Shown here in pieces: positions 62,050 through 62,901 of a stretch of DNA of 62,901 nucleotides. Below the pieces are notes generated by a model. The model was not told where the DNA came from and searched no databases. It worked only from the letters and a program-made list of their open reading frames with translations. The position numbers and the translations under genes are program-made. Source of the stretch: Octopus sinensis (taxonomy: Eukaryota); assembly GCF_006345805.1 (NCBI RefSeq), contig NW_021833089.1:1-62901 (forward strand), given 5' to 3'. How positions within the stretch are numbered: the stretch's first letter is position 1; every line of letters begins with the position of its first letter.

Positions 62050-62901
62050 AAAAGCAGACCCTCAGCTTACTTAAGAAATGAAGAAGCATGCTGTTATCAT
62101 GGCTATAAAGGCTGAGCATAGCAATTTAGAAATATCTCGATTTTTAAAAGTCACCAGTTCTTTCATCTATGAAGTTTCTAAGAAGTAAGAGACCGAAAAT
62201 GGAATCGTATCATGAGTATCAAAATGCAAAAAGCATTCTAAACACTCTGAAATCATCAGAACACCTGAATTCATCCAGTAAGTTCAACAGATTAGAATCC
62301 AAGAAAATCCATGAAGTCAATTGCAAAAGATCTCTGTGTGTCAGAAGGAACAACCAGTAATGAAGACATTAAATATAAGTCTTGTATGGTGAGGAATGGC
62401 TAATTTATGTCAGAAAAAGCAAAAACAAATTACTGCATCAGAACTAAAAGGCCCTTAAACCAACTGAAAAATTCAGCAGAAGAAGATTTAATTTGGTTTT
62501 TCTCAGACGAGAAAAACTACTACCAAGATCAAAAAGTTAACATAAGAAATGACAGATGGTTATGTGCAGGCCCTTCTAAAGTTCCACGAGTTATGCATAC
62601 AAAATTCCATGCAACTGTCATGGTTTTAAGGGCTGTCAGCAATGAAGGACATGTTATGCCTCCTTACTTCTTTCCAAAAGGCCTTAGAGTTAACTCTGCT
62701 GCCTATATTGAGGTCTTGGAAACAATTGTTAAGCTCTGGATAGACAATGTACACAATGGAAAGCCATGTGTTTTAGCAAGACTCTGCACCATCACACAAG
62801 GCTCAAGCAACACAGGAATGGATAGCTGAAAATTTTCAAGATCACACAACCCCTAACATTTGGCCTCCTAATTCTCCAGATCATAATCCGTTGGACTATT
62901 A
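62050..62901 (+). mobile_element. DD37D (maT/Bmmar1-like) transposase pseudogene, runs off the window
   Basis: WFFSDEK (first D); DSAPSH...WPPNSPDHNPLD with 37 residues between the second and third D; frameshifts. Confidence 0.9.

Overview
Eukaryotic, AT-rich, microsatellite-rich genomic DNA. The SINE, RTE and Penelope repeat families resemble those of octopod cephalopods (Octopus-like; inferred from the repeats only). The main feature is a ~27.6 kb tandem array (20698-48345) with seven + strand copies of a 140-nt U4 spliceosomal snRNA variant. An eighth, convergently oriented U4 (51056-51196, minus strand) has the same 5' domain but a completely different 3' stem-loop and a canonical Sm site. 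The array spacers are invaded by transposons: a co-amplified inverted Penelope-like element with hammerhead motifs (3 copies), a near full-length Ty3/Gypsy element plus its solo-LTR derivative in a paralogous unit, an ORF1-only Tx1/L1-like element in a (GT)n target, and CR1, SINE and hAT insertions. Just left of the array is an intact, intronless, divergent CNOT2-like ORF (16820-18052). The flanks are CpG-poor and hold decayed Tc1/mariner, DD37D, Chapaev3-like, Penelope, RTE, CR1 and Helitron remnants plus a few weak candidate host exons. All alignments were made by eye and no database searches were run.
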